64,000 nucleotides of DNA, from contig JBFLYH010000002.1 in assembly GCA_040756875.1 (NCBI GenBank), forward strand, positions 981,246-1,045,245, given 5' to 3'. Origin of the DNA: a candidate division FCPU426 bacterium. Its GTDB lineage: Bacteria > Oederibacteriota > JAAXVQ01 > JAUVAV01. The translations under genes were made by a program, and so were the position numbers. Numbering within the stretch: position 1 is the stretch's first letter; each line of letters begins with the position of its first letter. This document shows positions 11,024-21,527 of the stretch, piece by piece. The notes beneath the pieces were generated by a model that saw only the letters and a list, made by a program, of their open reading frames with translations, did not search any database and was not told the origin of the DNA.

Positions 11024-11977
11024 ATGGCACGTCGAAAAATCACGGTCATCGGCGCGGGCAACGTGGGCGCGAGCGTGGCGCAGCAGGTGCTGGCCCAGCA
11101 CCTGGGGGACGTGGTGCTGGTGGACGTGCAGGAAGACCTGGCCCAGGGTAAAGCCCTGGATTTGTCGCAGGCCGGCGCGATCCTGGGATATACCGGCAGC
11201 TGCGTGGGCACGGGCAAATACGAAGAGACCATCGATTCCGACGTCATCGTCGTGACCTCGGGTTCGCCGCGCAAGCCGGGCATGAGCCGCGACGACCTGC
11301 TGAAAATCAACTGCGAAATTGTGCACACCGTGGTCGGCCACGCGGCCGCCGCCTCGCCGGACGCCGTGCTGGTGGTGGTGACCAATCCGCTCGACGCCAT
11401 GACCTATGCCGCCCTGAAGGCTTCGGGGTTTCCGGCGCGGCGCGTAACCGGCATGGCCGGGATTCTGGACACGGCCCGCTACCGTTTTTTCCTGTCCCTG
11501 GCGCTGGGCGTGTCGCCGGAGAACGTGGAGGCCATGGTCCTGGGCGGGCACGGCGATGAAATGGTGCCGTGCGTGCCCCTGACCCGCGTGGGCGGTTCGC
11601 CGGTCGCGGACTGGCTGCCTGCCGAGGAGCTGGAGCGGCTGGTGGCCCGGACCCGCGCCGGCGGCGCTGAAATCGTCCAGTTGCTGAAAAGCGGCAGCGC
11701 CTATTACGCGCCGGCCGCGGCCGCGGTGCGGATGGTGGGCGCGATCCTGCGCGACGAGCAGGCGCTCCTGCCCTGCGCCGCCTGGCTGGAGGGGGAATAC
11801 GGACTGCGCGACGTCATGGTGGGCGTGCCCGTGGTCCTGGGGCGCGCGGGCATCCTGAGAATTCCGGAACTCAAGCTCGCAGCCGAAGACCTGGCCGCGC
11901 TCCGGCGTTCCGCCGAGGCGGTGCGCGAGCTGATGCGCCAGGTGGATGAGTGGTGCCTGGGGAACCTGCCCAAATGA
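11024..11977 (+). CDS. mdh: malate dehydrogenase (LDH-like MDH family)
   Basis: N-terminal Rossmann motif ITVIGAGNVGAS; 317 aa. Confidence 0.85.
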   Translation: MARRKITVIGAGNVGASVAQQVLAQHLGDVVLVDVQEDLAQGKALDLSQAGAILGYTGSCVGTGKYEETIDSDVIVVTSGSPRKPGMSRDDLLKINCEIVHTVVGHAAAASPDAVLVVVTNPLDAMTYAALKASGFPARRVTGMAGILDTARYRFFLSLALGVSPENVEAMVLGGHGDEMVPCVPLTRVGGSPVADWLPAEELERLVARTRAGGAEIVQLLKSGSAYYAPAAAAVRMVGAILRDEQALLPCAAWLEGEYGLRDVMVGVPVVLGRAGILRIPELKLAAEDLAALRRSAEAVRELMRQVDEWCLGNLPK

Positions 11978-12081
11978 CGCGGGAGCGGGCGGGCGAAAGC
12001 GGAAAATAGGGAACAGACCGCCGTTCGGGTTGCCGGAGGGTCCGGCGCCGGTTCCGGAGTGGCCAAGAGAGGGGTGGGCGC

Positions 12082-12924
12082 ATGCGGGAAATCACCGTTG
12101 AATCCGTGCAGAAGGCCGTGGTCACGGCCTTGAAAGAGCTCCATTACCAGTTGCGGCCCGATTTACGGACGCGCATCCAATCCGCGATCGAACAGGAAGC
12201 GTCGCCCCTGGGACGTCAGTCCCTGGAGCTGCTTCTGGACAACGCCAAAATGGCTTCGGCCGGCGTGCAGCCCTTGTGCCAGGACACGGGGCTGACCACG
12301 ATCTTCGTGGAACTGGGGCAGGAAGTGCAAATCACCGGGGGCTCCCTCGAAGCCGCGCTGCAGGAAGGCGTGCGCCAGGGGTCCGCGGAACTGCGCCTGC
12401 GGCACTCCGTGGCCGGGCATCCCCTGAAGCGCGTCAACACCGGTGACAACACGCCGGCGTTTATTCATTACGAGATCGTGCCGGGCAAAGGCTGCAAGCT
12501 GCGGGTGCTGGCCAAGGGCGGCGGCAGCGAGAATATGAGCGCCCTGGCCATGCTGCTGCCTTCGGCCGGCATGGAAGGCGTCACGGATTTCGTGCTCAAC
12601 CATGTCCGCCTGCACGGCGCCATGGCCTGCCCGCCCCTGATTGTCGGCGTGGGCGTGGGCGGCAGCTTCGAGACCGCGCCGCTGCTGGCCAAAAAAGCGC
12701 TGCTGCGCCCGGTGGGCCAGCCCTCGTCCGATCCGGAGACCGCGGCGTGGGAGGATAAGTTGCTCGGCTGGATCAACCGCCTGGGCATTGGCCCGCAGGG
12801 GTGGGGCGGCACGACCACCGCCCTGGCCGTGGCCATCGAGACCGCGCCCTGCCACATCGCGTCCCTGCCCGCGGCCGTGAACATCGAATGCCACAGCCAC
12901 CGCATGGCGGAGGTGATGCTATGA
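12082..12924 (+). CDS. fumarate hydratase class I (Fe-S hydro-lyase), alpha/N-terminal catalytic subunit
   Basis: 280-aa ORF with cysteine motifs typical of the two-subunit class I fumarase/tartrate dehydratase family. Confidence 0.75.
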   Translation: MREITVESVQKAVVTALKELHYQLRPDLRTRIQSAIEQEASPLGRQSLELLLDNAKMASAGVQPLCQDTGLTTIFVELGQEVQITGGSLEAALQEGVRQGSAELRLRHSVAGHPLKRVNTGDNTPAFIHYEIVPGKGCKLRVLAKGGGSENMSALAMLLPSAGMEGVTDFVLNHVRLHGAMACPPLIVGVGVGGSFETAPLLAKKALLRPVGQPSSDPETAAWEDKLLGWINRLGIGPQGWGGTTTALAVAIETAPCHIASLPAAVNIECHSHRMAEVML

Positions 12925-13481
12925 GCGGCAAATGGTTGCAGTTGCCCCTGGATCCCAAGGCGGTGGAAGAGCTGGCCGTGGGCCAGTGGGTGAATTTGTC
13001 CGGGCCGCTCATCACGGCGCGCGACGCGGCCTTGAAGCGCATCTATAACCTGCTGCTGGAATACAAAAAGCCGCCGGTGGACCTGCAAAACCAGCTGGTG
13101 TATTTCGTCGGCCCCACGCCCGCGGCGCCGGGCGAGCAGATCGGTTCCGCCGGGCCCACCACCAGCCGCCGCATGGAGCCGTACCTTCCCTCCCTGTTGT
13201 CGGCCGGCGTCAAAGCCGTCATGGGGAAGGGTCCGCTGTCCGAGGGCATGGTCGCCGAGTTCCACCGGCGCGGCGCGATCTATCTGGCCGCGGCCGGCGG
13301 CGCGGGCGCGTACTACGGCTCCAAAGTGCGCGGCGCCATGGTCATGGCCTACGAAGAACTGGGGCCCGAAGCCGTCTACAGCCTGATGGTGGACAATTTT
13401 CCGGCGGTCGTGGCCATTGACCTCAAGGGCGGCAATCTGTTCGAGCAGGGGCCGAAAGCCTATTTCAGGGAGCAAGCATGA
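12921..13481 (+). CDS. fumarate hydratase class I, beta subunit
   Basis: ATGA-coupled to the alpha subunit; 186 aa beginning MSGKWLQLPL. Confidence 0.75.
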   Translation: MSGKWLQLPLDPKAVEELAVGQWVNLSGPLITARDAALKRIYNLLLEYKKPPVDLQNQLVYFVGPTPAAPGEQIGSAGPTTSRRMEPYLPSLLSAGVKAVMGKGPLSEGMVAEFHRRGAIYLAAAGGAGAYYGSKVRGAMVMAYEELGPEAVYSLMVDNFPAVVAIDLKGGNLFEQGPKAYFREQA

Positions 13482-15436
13482 AGCGAAAGACCGTCTCCAG
13501 CCGCGCGCCGCTGACCGCGGCTGAAAAAATCCTGGCCGCCCACGGCATGGCCGCGGGGAGCCGGCCCGGCGATGAAATCGCCCTGCGCATTGACCAGACC
13601 CTGACCCAGGACGCGACCGGTACCCTGGCCTGGCTGCAGTTCGAGGCGCTGGGCCTGCCGCGGGTCAAGACCCGCCTGTCGGTTTCCTACGTGGACCACA
13701 ATACCCTGCAAACCGGATTCGAGAACGCCGACGACCACGCCTATCTGCAGAGCGCCGCCCGAAAATTCGGCGCGGTGTTTTCGCGGCCCGGCAACGGCAT
13801 CTGCCACCAGGTGCACCTGGAACGGTTCGGCAAGCCCTGGGCCACGCTGCTCGGCTCGGATTCCCACACGCCCACGGCCGGCGGCCTGGGCTCGCTTGCC
13901 ATCGGCGCGGGCGGGCTGGATGTGGCCGCGGCCATGGCCGGCGCGCCGTTCTACCTGCTCCATCCGAAGATCCTCAACGTGCTGCTCACCGGCCGGCTGG
14001 CCAGGCGCGTTTCGGCCAAGGACGTGATATTGGAAGTGCTGCGCCGGATTTCCGTCAAGGGCGGGGTGGGCAAGATCCTCGAATACTCCGGTCCGGGCGC
14101 GGCCTCGCTCTCCGTGCCCGAACGGGCCACGATCACGAACATGGGCGCCGAGACCGGCGCCACCACCAGCCTGTTTCCCGCGGACGCCACCACCCGCGCT
14201 TTTCTGGCTTACCAGGGCCGGGCCAGGGAGTACCGGCCTTTGGCCGCGGACCCGGGCGCGGTTTATTCCGGCGGCGAGCTGGCGATCGACCTGTCGCGCC
14301 TGGAGCCGCTGGCCGCCAAACCCCACTCGCCGGACGCGGTCGTGCCGGTCCGCGAGCTGGCCGGGCTCAAACCCCAGCAGGTGGTCATCGGCTCCTGCAC
14401 CAACTCCTCCCTGGCCGACCTGGCGACCGTGGCCGGGCTGCTGGCCGGCCGGCGCGTCCACCCCGACGTGTCGCTGGTGATCACGCCCGGCTCCCAGCAG
14501 GTGCTCAACGCCCTGGCGGAGAACGGCGCGCTCGCGGCCCTGATCACGGCCGGCGCGCGGGTCATGGAGCCCGCCTGCGGCGCCTGCATCGGCATGGGCC
14601 AGGCGCCGGCCACGGGCGCGGTGACCCTGCGCACCTTCAATCGCAATTTCAAGGGCCGGTCCGGCACGCCGGACGCCCAGGTGTACCTGGTTTCAGCCGA
14701 GACCGCGGCCGCGGCCGCGGTCATGGGATCGGTCGTGGATCCGCGCCGCTTTCAGGCCGCCAAGACCTTCCGCCTGCCGAAACGCGCCGAGGCCTCGGAC
14801 AGCCTGCTCATCCGCCCCGCGGCCCGGAAGCAGGCGGTTGAGATCGTGCGGGGGCCCAACATCAAGCCCCTGCCGCAGTTCGCGCCGCTCGCGGACGCGG
14901 ACCAGGGCCAGGTCCTGGCCAAGTTCGGGGACCACGTGACCACGGACGACATCATGCCCGCGGGCGCCAAGCTTCTGCCCCTGCGCTCCAACATCCCGGC
15001 CCTGGCGCAGCACGTCTTCTCGCGTCTGGACGCGGACTTCAGCCGACGCAGCCAGGAGCAGGGGGGCGGCTACGTGGTGGGTGGCGACAACTACGGCCAG
15101 GGCTCCTCGCGGGAGCACGCGGCCCTGGCGCCGCGCTACCTCGGCGTGCGCGCCGTGCTGGTCAAGTCCTTCGCGCGCATCCACCTGGCCAACCTCATCA
15201 ATTTCGGCATCGTGCCCCTGACCTTCCGCGATCCGGCGGATTACGGCCGGGTGGAGGCCGGGCACACGCTGAGCCTGCCGGACCTCAAGGCCGACCTCGC
15301 GGCCGGCCGGGCCGTGCGCGTGAAAAACCTCACCACGGGCGCGGCCTGGGAGATGGAGTGCACCCTGACGCCCCGCCAGCGCGAGCTGGTGCTGGCGGGC
15401 GGGACGCTCAATTATCTGAAACGGCATTTTGCCTGA
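13478..15436 (+). CDS. aconitate hydratase (aconitase family)
   Basis: ATGA-coupled; 652 aa with aconitase blocks (GSDSHT, GSCTNSS, swivel domain). Confidence 0.8.
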   Translation: MKRKTVSSRAPLTAAEKILAAHGMAAGSRPGDEIALRIDQTLTQDATGTLAWLQFEALGLPRVKTRLSVSYVDHNTLQTGFENADDHAYLQSAARKFGAVFSRPGNGICHQVHLERFGKPWATLLGSDSHTPTAGGLGSLAIGAGGLDVAAAMAGAPFYLLHPKILNVLLTGRLARRVSAKDVILEVLRRISVKGGVGKILEYSGPGAASLSVPERATITNMGAETGATTSLFPADATTRAFLAYQGRAREYRPLAADPGAVYSGGELAIDLSRLEPLAAKPHSPDAVVPVRELAGLKPQQVVIGSCTNSSLADLATVAGLLAGRRVHPDVSLVITPGSQQVLNALAENGALAALITAGARVMEPACGACIGMGQAPATGAVTLRTFNRNFKGRSGTPDAQVYLVSAETAAAAAVMGSVVDPRRFQAAKTFRLPKRAEASDSLLIRPAARKQAVEIVRGPNIKPLPQFAPLADADQGQVLAKFGDHVTTDDIMPAGAKLLPLRSNIPALAQHVFSRLDADFSRRSQEQGGGYVVGGDNYGQGSSREHAALAPRYLGVRAVLVKSFARIHLANLINFGIVPLTFRDPADYGRVEAGHTLSLPDLKADLAAGRAVRVKNLTTGAAWEMECTLTPRQRELVLAGGTLNYLKRHFA

Positions 15437-15458
15437 TTCCACCAAGGAGGTTAGGATC

Positions 15459-15998
15459 ATGCGCCAATGGATCGTCCTGGGCACGGCGGCGCTGCTGCTG
15501 GCCGGCGGCTGCGCCAGCGTGCCCGAAATCAAAGGAAAGGAAGCGAAGACCGAAACCATGACCGAAAGCACACCTGCCACCGAAGCTGTTATTCAGACCA
15601 ACAAAGGCGAGATCGTGTTCAAGTTCTACCCTGAAGACGCACCCAAGACCGTGGAGAATTTCGTCAAGCTGGCGCGCAAGGGCTTTTACGACGGGCTGAC
15701 TTTCCACCGCGTGGTGCCGAACTTCGTCATCCAGGGCGGAGATCCCAAGGGCGACGGCACCGGCGGGCCCGGTTACACCGTTCCCGCGGAATTCAACAGC
15801 CGCTCGCACCTGACGGGCACGGTGGCCATGGCGCGGGCCTTGGATCCCAACTCCGCGGGCAGCCAGTTCTACATCTGCCTCGCCCGTCAGCCCGGCCTCG
15901 ACGGACAGTACACGGTCTTCGGCCAGGTCACCTCGGGCATGGACGTGGTGCAATCGATCCGCGTGGGCGACAAAATGCTCAAGGTCACGGTGCGCTGA
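15459..15998 (+). CDS. peptidyl-prolyl cis-trans isomerase, cyclophilin type (probable lipoprotein)
   Basis: Start at ATG 15459 after RBS AGGAGG; signal peptide with lipobox-like LAGGC; cyclophilin motifs FHRVVPNFVIQGGD. Confidence 0.8.
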   Translation: MRQWIVLGTAALLLAGGCASVPEIKGKEAKTETMTESTPATEAVIQTNKGEIVFKFYPEDAPKTVENFVKLARKGFYDGLTFHRVVPNFVIQGGDPKGDGTGGPGYTVPAEFNSRSHLTGTVAMARALDPNSAGSQFYICLARQPGLDGQYTVFGQVTSGMDVVQSIRVGDKMLKVTVR

Positions 15999-16055
15999 AG
16001 CGGATAAAAAAATTTGCGGAACGCAAGAAAACATTTCTCCTTTGACGCGCGAATG

Positions 16056-16064
16056 TGCTATAAA
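16056..16064 (+). promoter_or_regulatory. extended -10-like element TGcTATAAA upstream of the micro-ORF
   Basis: TG at 16056-16057 then TATAAA 16059-16064; no convincing -35. Confidence 0.3.
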
Positions 16065-16102
16065 AGAATTAACACATGCACGTCGAAAAAGGAGGTGACA
16101 GC

Positions 16103-16153
16103 ATGGCGGTGAAGAAGGCGAAGAAAAAGGCCACGAAGAAGAAAAAGAAATAA
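16103..16153 (+). CDS. 16-codon lysine-rich micro-ORF (MAVKKAKKKATKKKKK)
   Basis: Strong SD AAAGGAGGTGA 5-8 nt upstream of ATG 16103; stop TAA 16151-16153; followed by an intrinsic terminator. Confidence 0.3.
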   Translation: MAVKKAKKKATKKKKK

Positions 16154-16194
16154 GTTGATTCGATTTCGTGTGCATTGATACGCTTTGGTTTGCG

Positions 16195-16229
16195 AACCGG
16201 AGGGGGCCCTGCTCCCTCCGGTTTTTTAT
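16195..16229 (+). terminator. Rho-independent terminator (GC stem + T6)
   Basis: CCGGAGGGGG / CCCTCCGG stem then TTTTTTATT at 16221-16229. Confidence 0.7.
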
Positions 16230-16279
16230 TCATCTCCTTTAATCTCCCGCGTCGGCGTTTTTAGCGGCGTCCTTAACGC

Positions 16280-16308
16280 TTGACATTCATGCGGGTCAGG
16301 CGTATCTT
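16280..16308 (+). promoter_or_regulatory. sigma70-like promoter TTGACA-17-TATCTT of the pyr operon
   Basis: -35 at 16280-16285, 17-nt spacer, -10 at 16303-16308. Confidence 0.55.
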
Positions 16309-16344
16309 CTTAAACGGTCGCAATCCTTTAAACTGGTTCCGTGA

Positions 16345-17930
<1,586 letters not shown>

Positions 17931-17947
<17 letters not shown>

Positions 17948-19244
17948 AGGCGGACGCTTGCTCGACCCGGCCAGCCGGCACGACGCGCCGGCGGACCTAT
18001 GGCTGGAAAACGGACGCGTGGCGGAGGTCACTCCGCCGGGCGCCCGCAAACCCCAGGCGCAGGACGAGGTCTGGGAGGCCGGCGGCCTGGCCGTGGCGCC
18101 CGGGCTGGTGGACGCGCACGTGCACCTGCGCGAGCCGGGCGCGGAATACAAGGAAACCATCGCCTCGGGCACGCGCGCAGCCGCCGCGGGCGGCGTGACG
18201 AGCCTAGCCTGCATGCCCAACACCACCCCGCCCATCGACAATCTGGCCATGGTGGAGCTGGTGCTGTCCAAAGCCAAAAGCCAGGGCGCGGTGAACGTCT
18301 TTCCCGTGGCCTGCATCACCCAGCGCCGGGAAGGGAAGCAGCTCACCGAAATGGGCGAACTCAAGGCCGCGGGCGTGGTGGCCGTGTCCGACGACGGCGA
18401 GCCCGTGGAATCGCCGACGCTCATGCGCAGCGCCCTGCAGTACGCCGGCATGCTCGACCTGCTGGTCATCAACCACGCGGAAGACAAGTCCCTCGCCGGC
18501 AAGGGCGTGGCCCACGCCGGGTTCATGGCCTGCAAGCTGGGCCTGGCGGGCGTGCCCCGCTCGGCCCTGGAGGTCATGATCAGCCGCGACCTGCTTCTGG
18601 CCGAGGAGACGGGCAGCCGCATCCACATCCCGCACGTGTCCACGGCCGGGGCCGTGCGCCTGATCCGCGAAGCCAAGGCGCGCGGCGTGCGCGTGACGGC
18701 CGAGACCGCTCCCCACTACCTCGCGCTCACGGACGAGTGCCTCGCGGGCTACGACACCAACGTGCGCGTCAACCCGCCGATCGCCGAGGCCGCGGACCAG
18801 GCGGCGCTTATCGACGGGCTGGTCGACGGCACCCTGGACGCGATCGCCACGGACCATGCCCCGCACTCGCGCCGCGAAAAGGAAATGGAGTTCGCCCTGG
18901 CCGCGCCGGGCATCTGCGGCCTGGAAACTTCGCTCTCCCTCTGTCTCACGGTCCTCGTGGCCTCGGGCCGGATGCCGCTGCTCGAATTGATCGACCGCAT
19001 GTCGCTGCGGCCGGCCCGCCTGCTGGGCGTGCCCAAGGGCACGCTCGCGGCCGGAGCGGACGCGGACCTGGTGCTGTTCGACCCGGACGCGGACCGCACG
19101 GTCCAGGCGTCGGAGTTCCACAGCCAGTCGGACAACACGCCCTTCGACCAGTGGCGCGTGAAAGGCCGCGTGGCCGCCACCTTCGTGGCCGGAGAACCGG
19201 TGTATATCGCTCCTCAAGACCAAGCCAGGCGGAAGCCATCGTGA
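17931..19244 (+). CDS. pyrC: dihydroorotase
   Basis: Start at ATG 17931 (RBS AGGAGG); metal ligands [10 protein letters not shown] and DHAPH. Confidence 0.85.
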
Positions 19245-20005
19245 ACTGCCGCGTGCTGCGCGTCCGGCGGGCGGGTTCCTATGCCCGCCTTTGGCTGGAG
19301 GCGCCGGACATCGCCCGCCGGGCCCGGCCCGGGCAGTTCGTCATGGTCCGGCCCCGGGGCGCGGACGCGCCGTTTTGGCGCCGGCCGTTTTCCCTGTGCT
19401 CGGCCGACGGCCGGCGCAGCGTGGAACTGCTGATCAAAGCCGTGGGTCCGGGCTCCCGCCTGCTCGCCGCCTCGCGTCCGGGGGACCTCCTCGACGTCAC
19501 GGGCCCCTTGGGCACGGGGTTCAGCCTGGACGTCACGGGGCCTGTGCTCCTGGTGGGCGGAGGCTTCGGCATCGCGCCTCTGCGATTTTTAGCCGAGTGC
19601 CTGCGCCGCCGCCGCATTCCCTGCGAGGTGTTCCTGGGCGGTCGATGCCGCGAAGATCTGCTGCTGCAAAGCGAGCTTAAACTCGCGGCCGCGGGCGTGG
19701 CCTGCACCACCGAAGACGGCAGTTTTGGCCGGCGCGGCCGCGTGACCTTGCTTCTGGCCGAGCGCCTGGCCGGCAGCCGGAAACCGGCGCGCATCGCGGC
19801 CGCCGGGCCCGAAGCCATGCTCGCGGTCGTGGCGGACCTGGCGGAAAAGCACGGCGTGGCAGCCGAAGTTTCGCTGGAGACGGTCATGGCCTGCGGCCTG
19901 GGCGTGTGCAACGGCTGCGTGCGCCGCGTCAACGGGCAATACCAGCGCGTGTGCGCCGACGGCCCGGTCTTCGACGCCGCGGCCGTGGATTGGAGCCAAG
20001 CATGA
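19241..20005 (+). CDS. pyrK: dihydroorotate dehydrogenase electron-transfer subunit
   Basis: GTG start overlapping pyrC stop (GTGA); FAD/NAD-binding fold and C-terminal Cys cluster CGLGVCNGC. Confidence 0.75.
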   Translation: MNCRVLRVRRAGSYARLWLEAPDIARRARPGQFVMVRPRGADAPFWRRPFSLCSADGRRSVELLIKAVGPGSRLLAASRPGDLLDVTGPLGTGFSLDVTGPVLLVGGGFGIAPLRFLAECLRRRRIPCEVFLGGRCREDLLLQSELKLAAAGVACTTEDGSFGRRGRVTLLLAERLAGSRKPARIAAAGPEAMLAVVADLAEKHGVAAEVSLETVMACGLGVCNGCVRRVNGQYQRVCADGPVFDAAAVDWSQA

Positions 20006-20931
20006 GCCCGCGTGCCGCAGCACCTTCCCTGTCCTGCACGGTGGGCCGCGTGCGCCTGGCCGCGCCGGTCCTGCTCGCTTCTGGCACCTGCGGCTACGGC
20101 CTGGAGCTGGCCGGGCACGTGGATTTCCCGGCTCTGGGCGGCGTGGTCCTGAAAAGCCTGACCCAGGAGCCGCGCGCTGGCAATCCCATGCCCCGCGTGG
20201 CCGAATGCAGCCAGGGCATGCTCAATGCGATCGGCCTGGCCAATGTGGGCGTGGAGGCGTTTTGCCGCGAGAAGTGGCCCAAGGTCAAAGCGTTGCCTTG
20301 CGCCGTGCTGGCCAACGTGGCTGGCGCTTCGCAGGCCGAGTACGTGGCCGTGGCGCGGCGCCTGGACCGGCTGGACGGGCTCGCGGGCCTGGAGCTGAAC
20401 GTGTCCTGCCCCAATGTCAGCCACGGCGGGATGGAATTCGGCCGCGAGCCCCGCGTGCTGGAACGGCTGGTGGCCGCGGTGCGCAAAGCGACGAAGCGTC
20501 CGCTGTGGGTGAAGCTCACGCCCAACGTGGCGGACATCGCGCCCCTGGCCCGGGCGGCCGAAGCCGCAGGCGCGGACGCAATCACGGTCATCAACACCCT
20601 GCGCGGCCTGCGCATGGACCTCAAGCAACAGCGGCCTGTGCTGGGCAATGTGACGGGCGGGCTCTCGGGCCCGGCCATCATGCCCGTGGCCCTTTTTCAC
20701 GTCTACCGCGCGGCCGGAGCGGTGAAGATCCCCGTGGTGGGCTGCGGCGGCATCGAGACCGCGGAGGACGCGCTCGAATTCATCCTGGCCGGCGCCAGCG
20801 CGGTGCAGGTCGGGACCGCGACCTTCCGCCGGCCGCGGGCCGCGGAGCTGATCGCGGCCGGGCTGCGGCGCCAGCTGCAGGCCCGGGGCCTGCGCAGCCT
20901 CAAGCCCCTGATCGGAGCCGGAAGGATATGA
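20002..20931 (+). CDS. pyrD: dihydroorotate dehydrogenase catalytic subunit (class 1B)
   Basis: ATGA-coupled; TIM-barrel DHODH motifs (NAIGLANVG, LELNVSCPN, GGI). Confidence 0.85.
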   Translation: MSPRAAAPSLSCTVGRVRLAAPVLLASGTCGYGLELAGHVDFPALGGVVLKSLTQEPRAGNPMPRVAECSQGMLNAIGLANVGVEAFCREKWPKVKALPCAVLANVAGASQAEYVAVARRLDRLDGLAGLELNVSCPNVSHGGMEFGREPRVLERLVAAVRKATKRPLWVKLTPNVADIAPLARAAEAAGADAITVINTLRGLRMDLKQQRPVLGNVTGGLSGPAIMPVALFHVYRAAGAVKIPVVGCGGIETAEDALEFILAGASAVQVGTATFRRPRAAELIAAGLRRQLQARGLRSLKPLIGAGRI

Positions 20932-21527
20932 ACTGGCAGGCAGCGGTGATCCAGGCGGTGTCGTGGGACGCGGCCGGGCTCCGCCTGATCAACCAGGGCG
21001 CCTATTGGCGTCCGCTCGCGGATCTGACTTACTGGGTGGCGCGCGACCAGGTCATTCTGGGCGTGCTCGGCGGCGCGGTCGCGGCCTACATCCTGTACGC
21101 GGGCCTGCGCCGCGCGTTGTGGGTGTCCGCCTGGAGCGCCGCGGCCGTAATGCTCACGCAATTGATCCACAACAGCTGGTTCAAGCTTTTTTTCAACCGC
21201 CCCCGGCCGTTTCTCCGCCAGGAGGGCGTGCGGCTGTGCGTGGCTTTGAACGATTTATCGCAGGTTTCGCTGTCCTTCCCGTCCACTCATTCGGCCAGCG
21301 CCGCGGCCCTGGCCGTGGTAATCGCCGGTTTGGATCCGGCGCTCAAGTGGCCGGCCATCGGGTTCGCCCTGCTGATCGGCCTGGGCACCGTGTATTCCGG
21401 CGGGCATTATCCGGCGGACGTGCTCGCGGGGTATGCGGCCGGTGGCGGCGTGGGCTGGCTGTTGCTGCGTCTACGGCCGTTCCTGTCCTGGGCGGACCCT
21501 TGCAGCGCAGGCCAGGGCAGGCCATGA
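20928..21527 (+). CDS. PAP2-family phosphatase (membrane)
   Basis: ATGA-coupled to pyrD; PAP2 motifs SFPSTHS and SGGHYPADV; multiple TM helices. Confidence 0.7.
   Translation: MNWQAAVIQAVSWDAAGLRLINQGAYWRPLADLTYWVARDQVILGVLGGAVAAYILYAGLRRALWVSAWSAAAVMLTQLIHNSWFKLFFNRPRPFLRQEGVRLCVALNDLSQVSLSFPSTHSASAAALAVVIAGLDPALKWPAIGFALLIGLGTVYSGGHYPADVLAGYAAGGGVGWLLLRLRPFLSWADPCSAGQGRP

Noticed and set aside
17999-20005. 668-aa + strand ORF spanning pyrC to pyrK
   Set aside because: Only the last 254 codons (from GTG 19241) look like PyrK; the upstream part is an off-frame read through pyrC with Arg/Gly-rich junk
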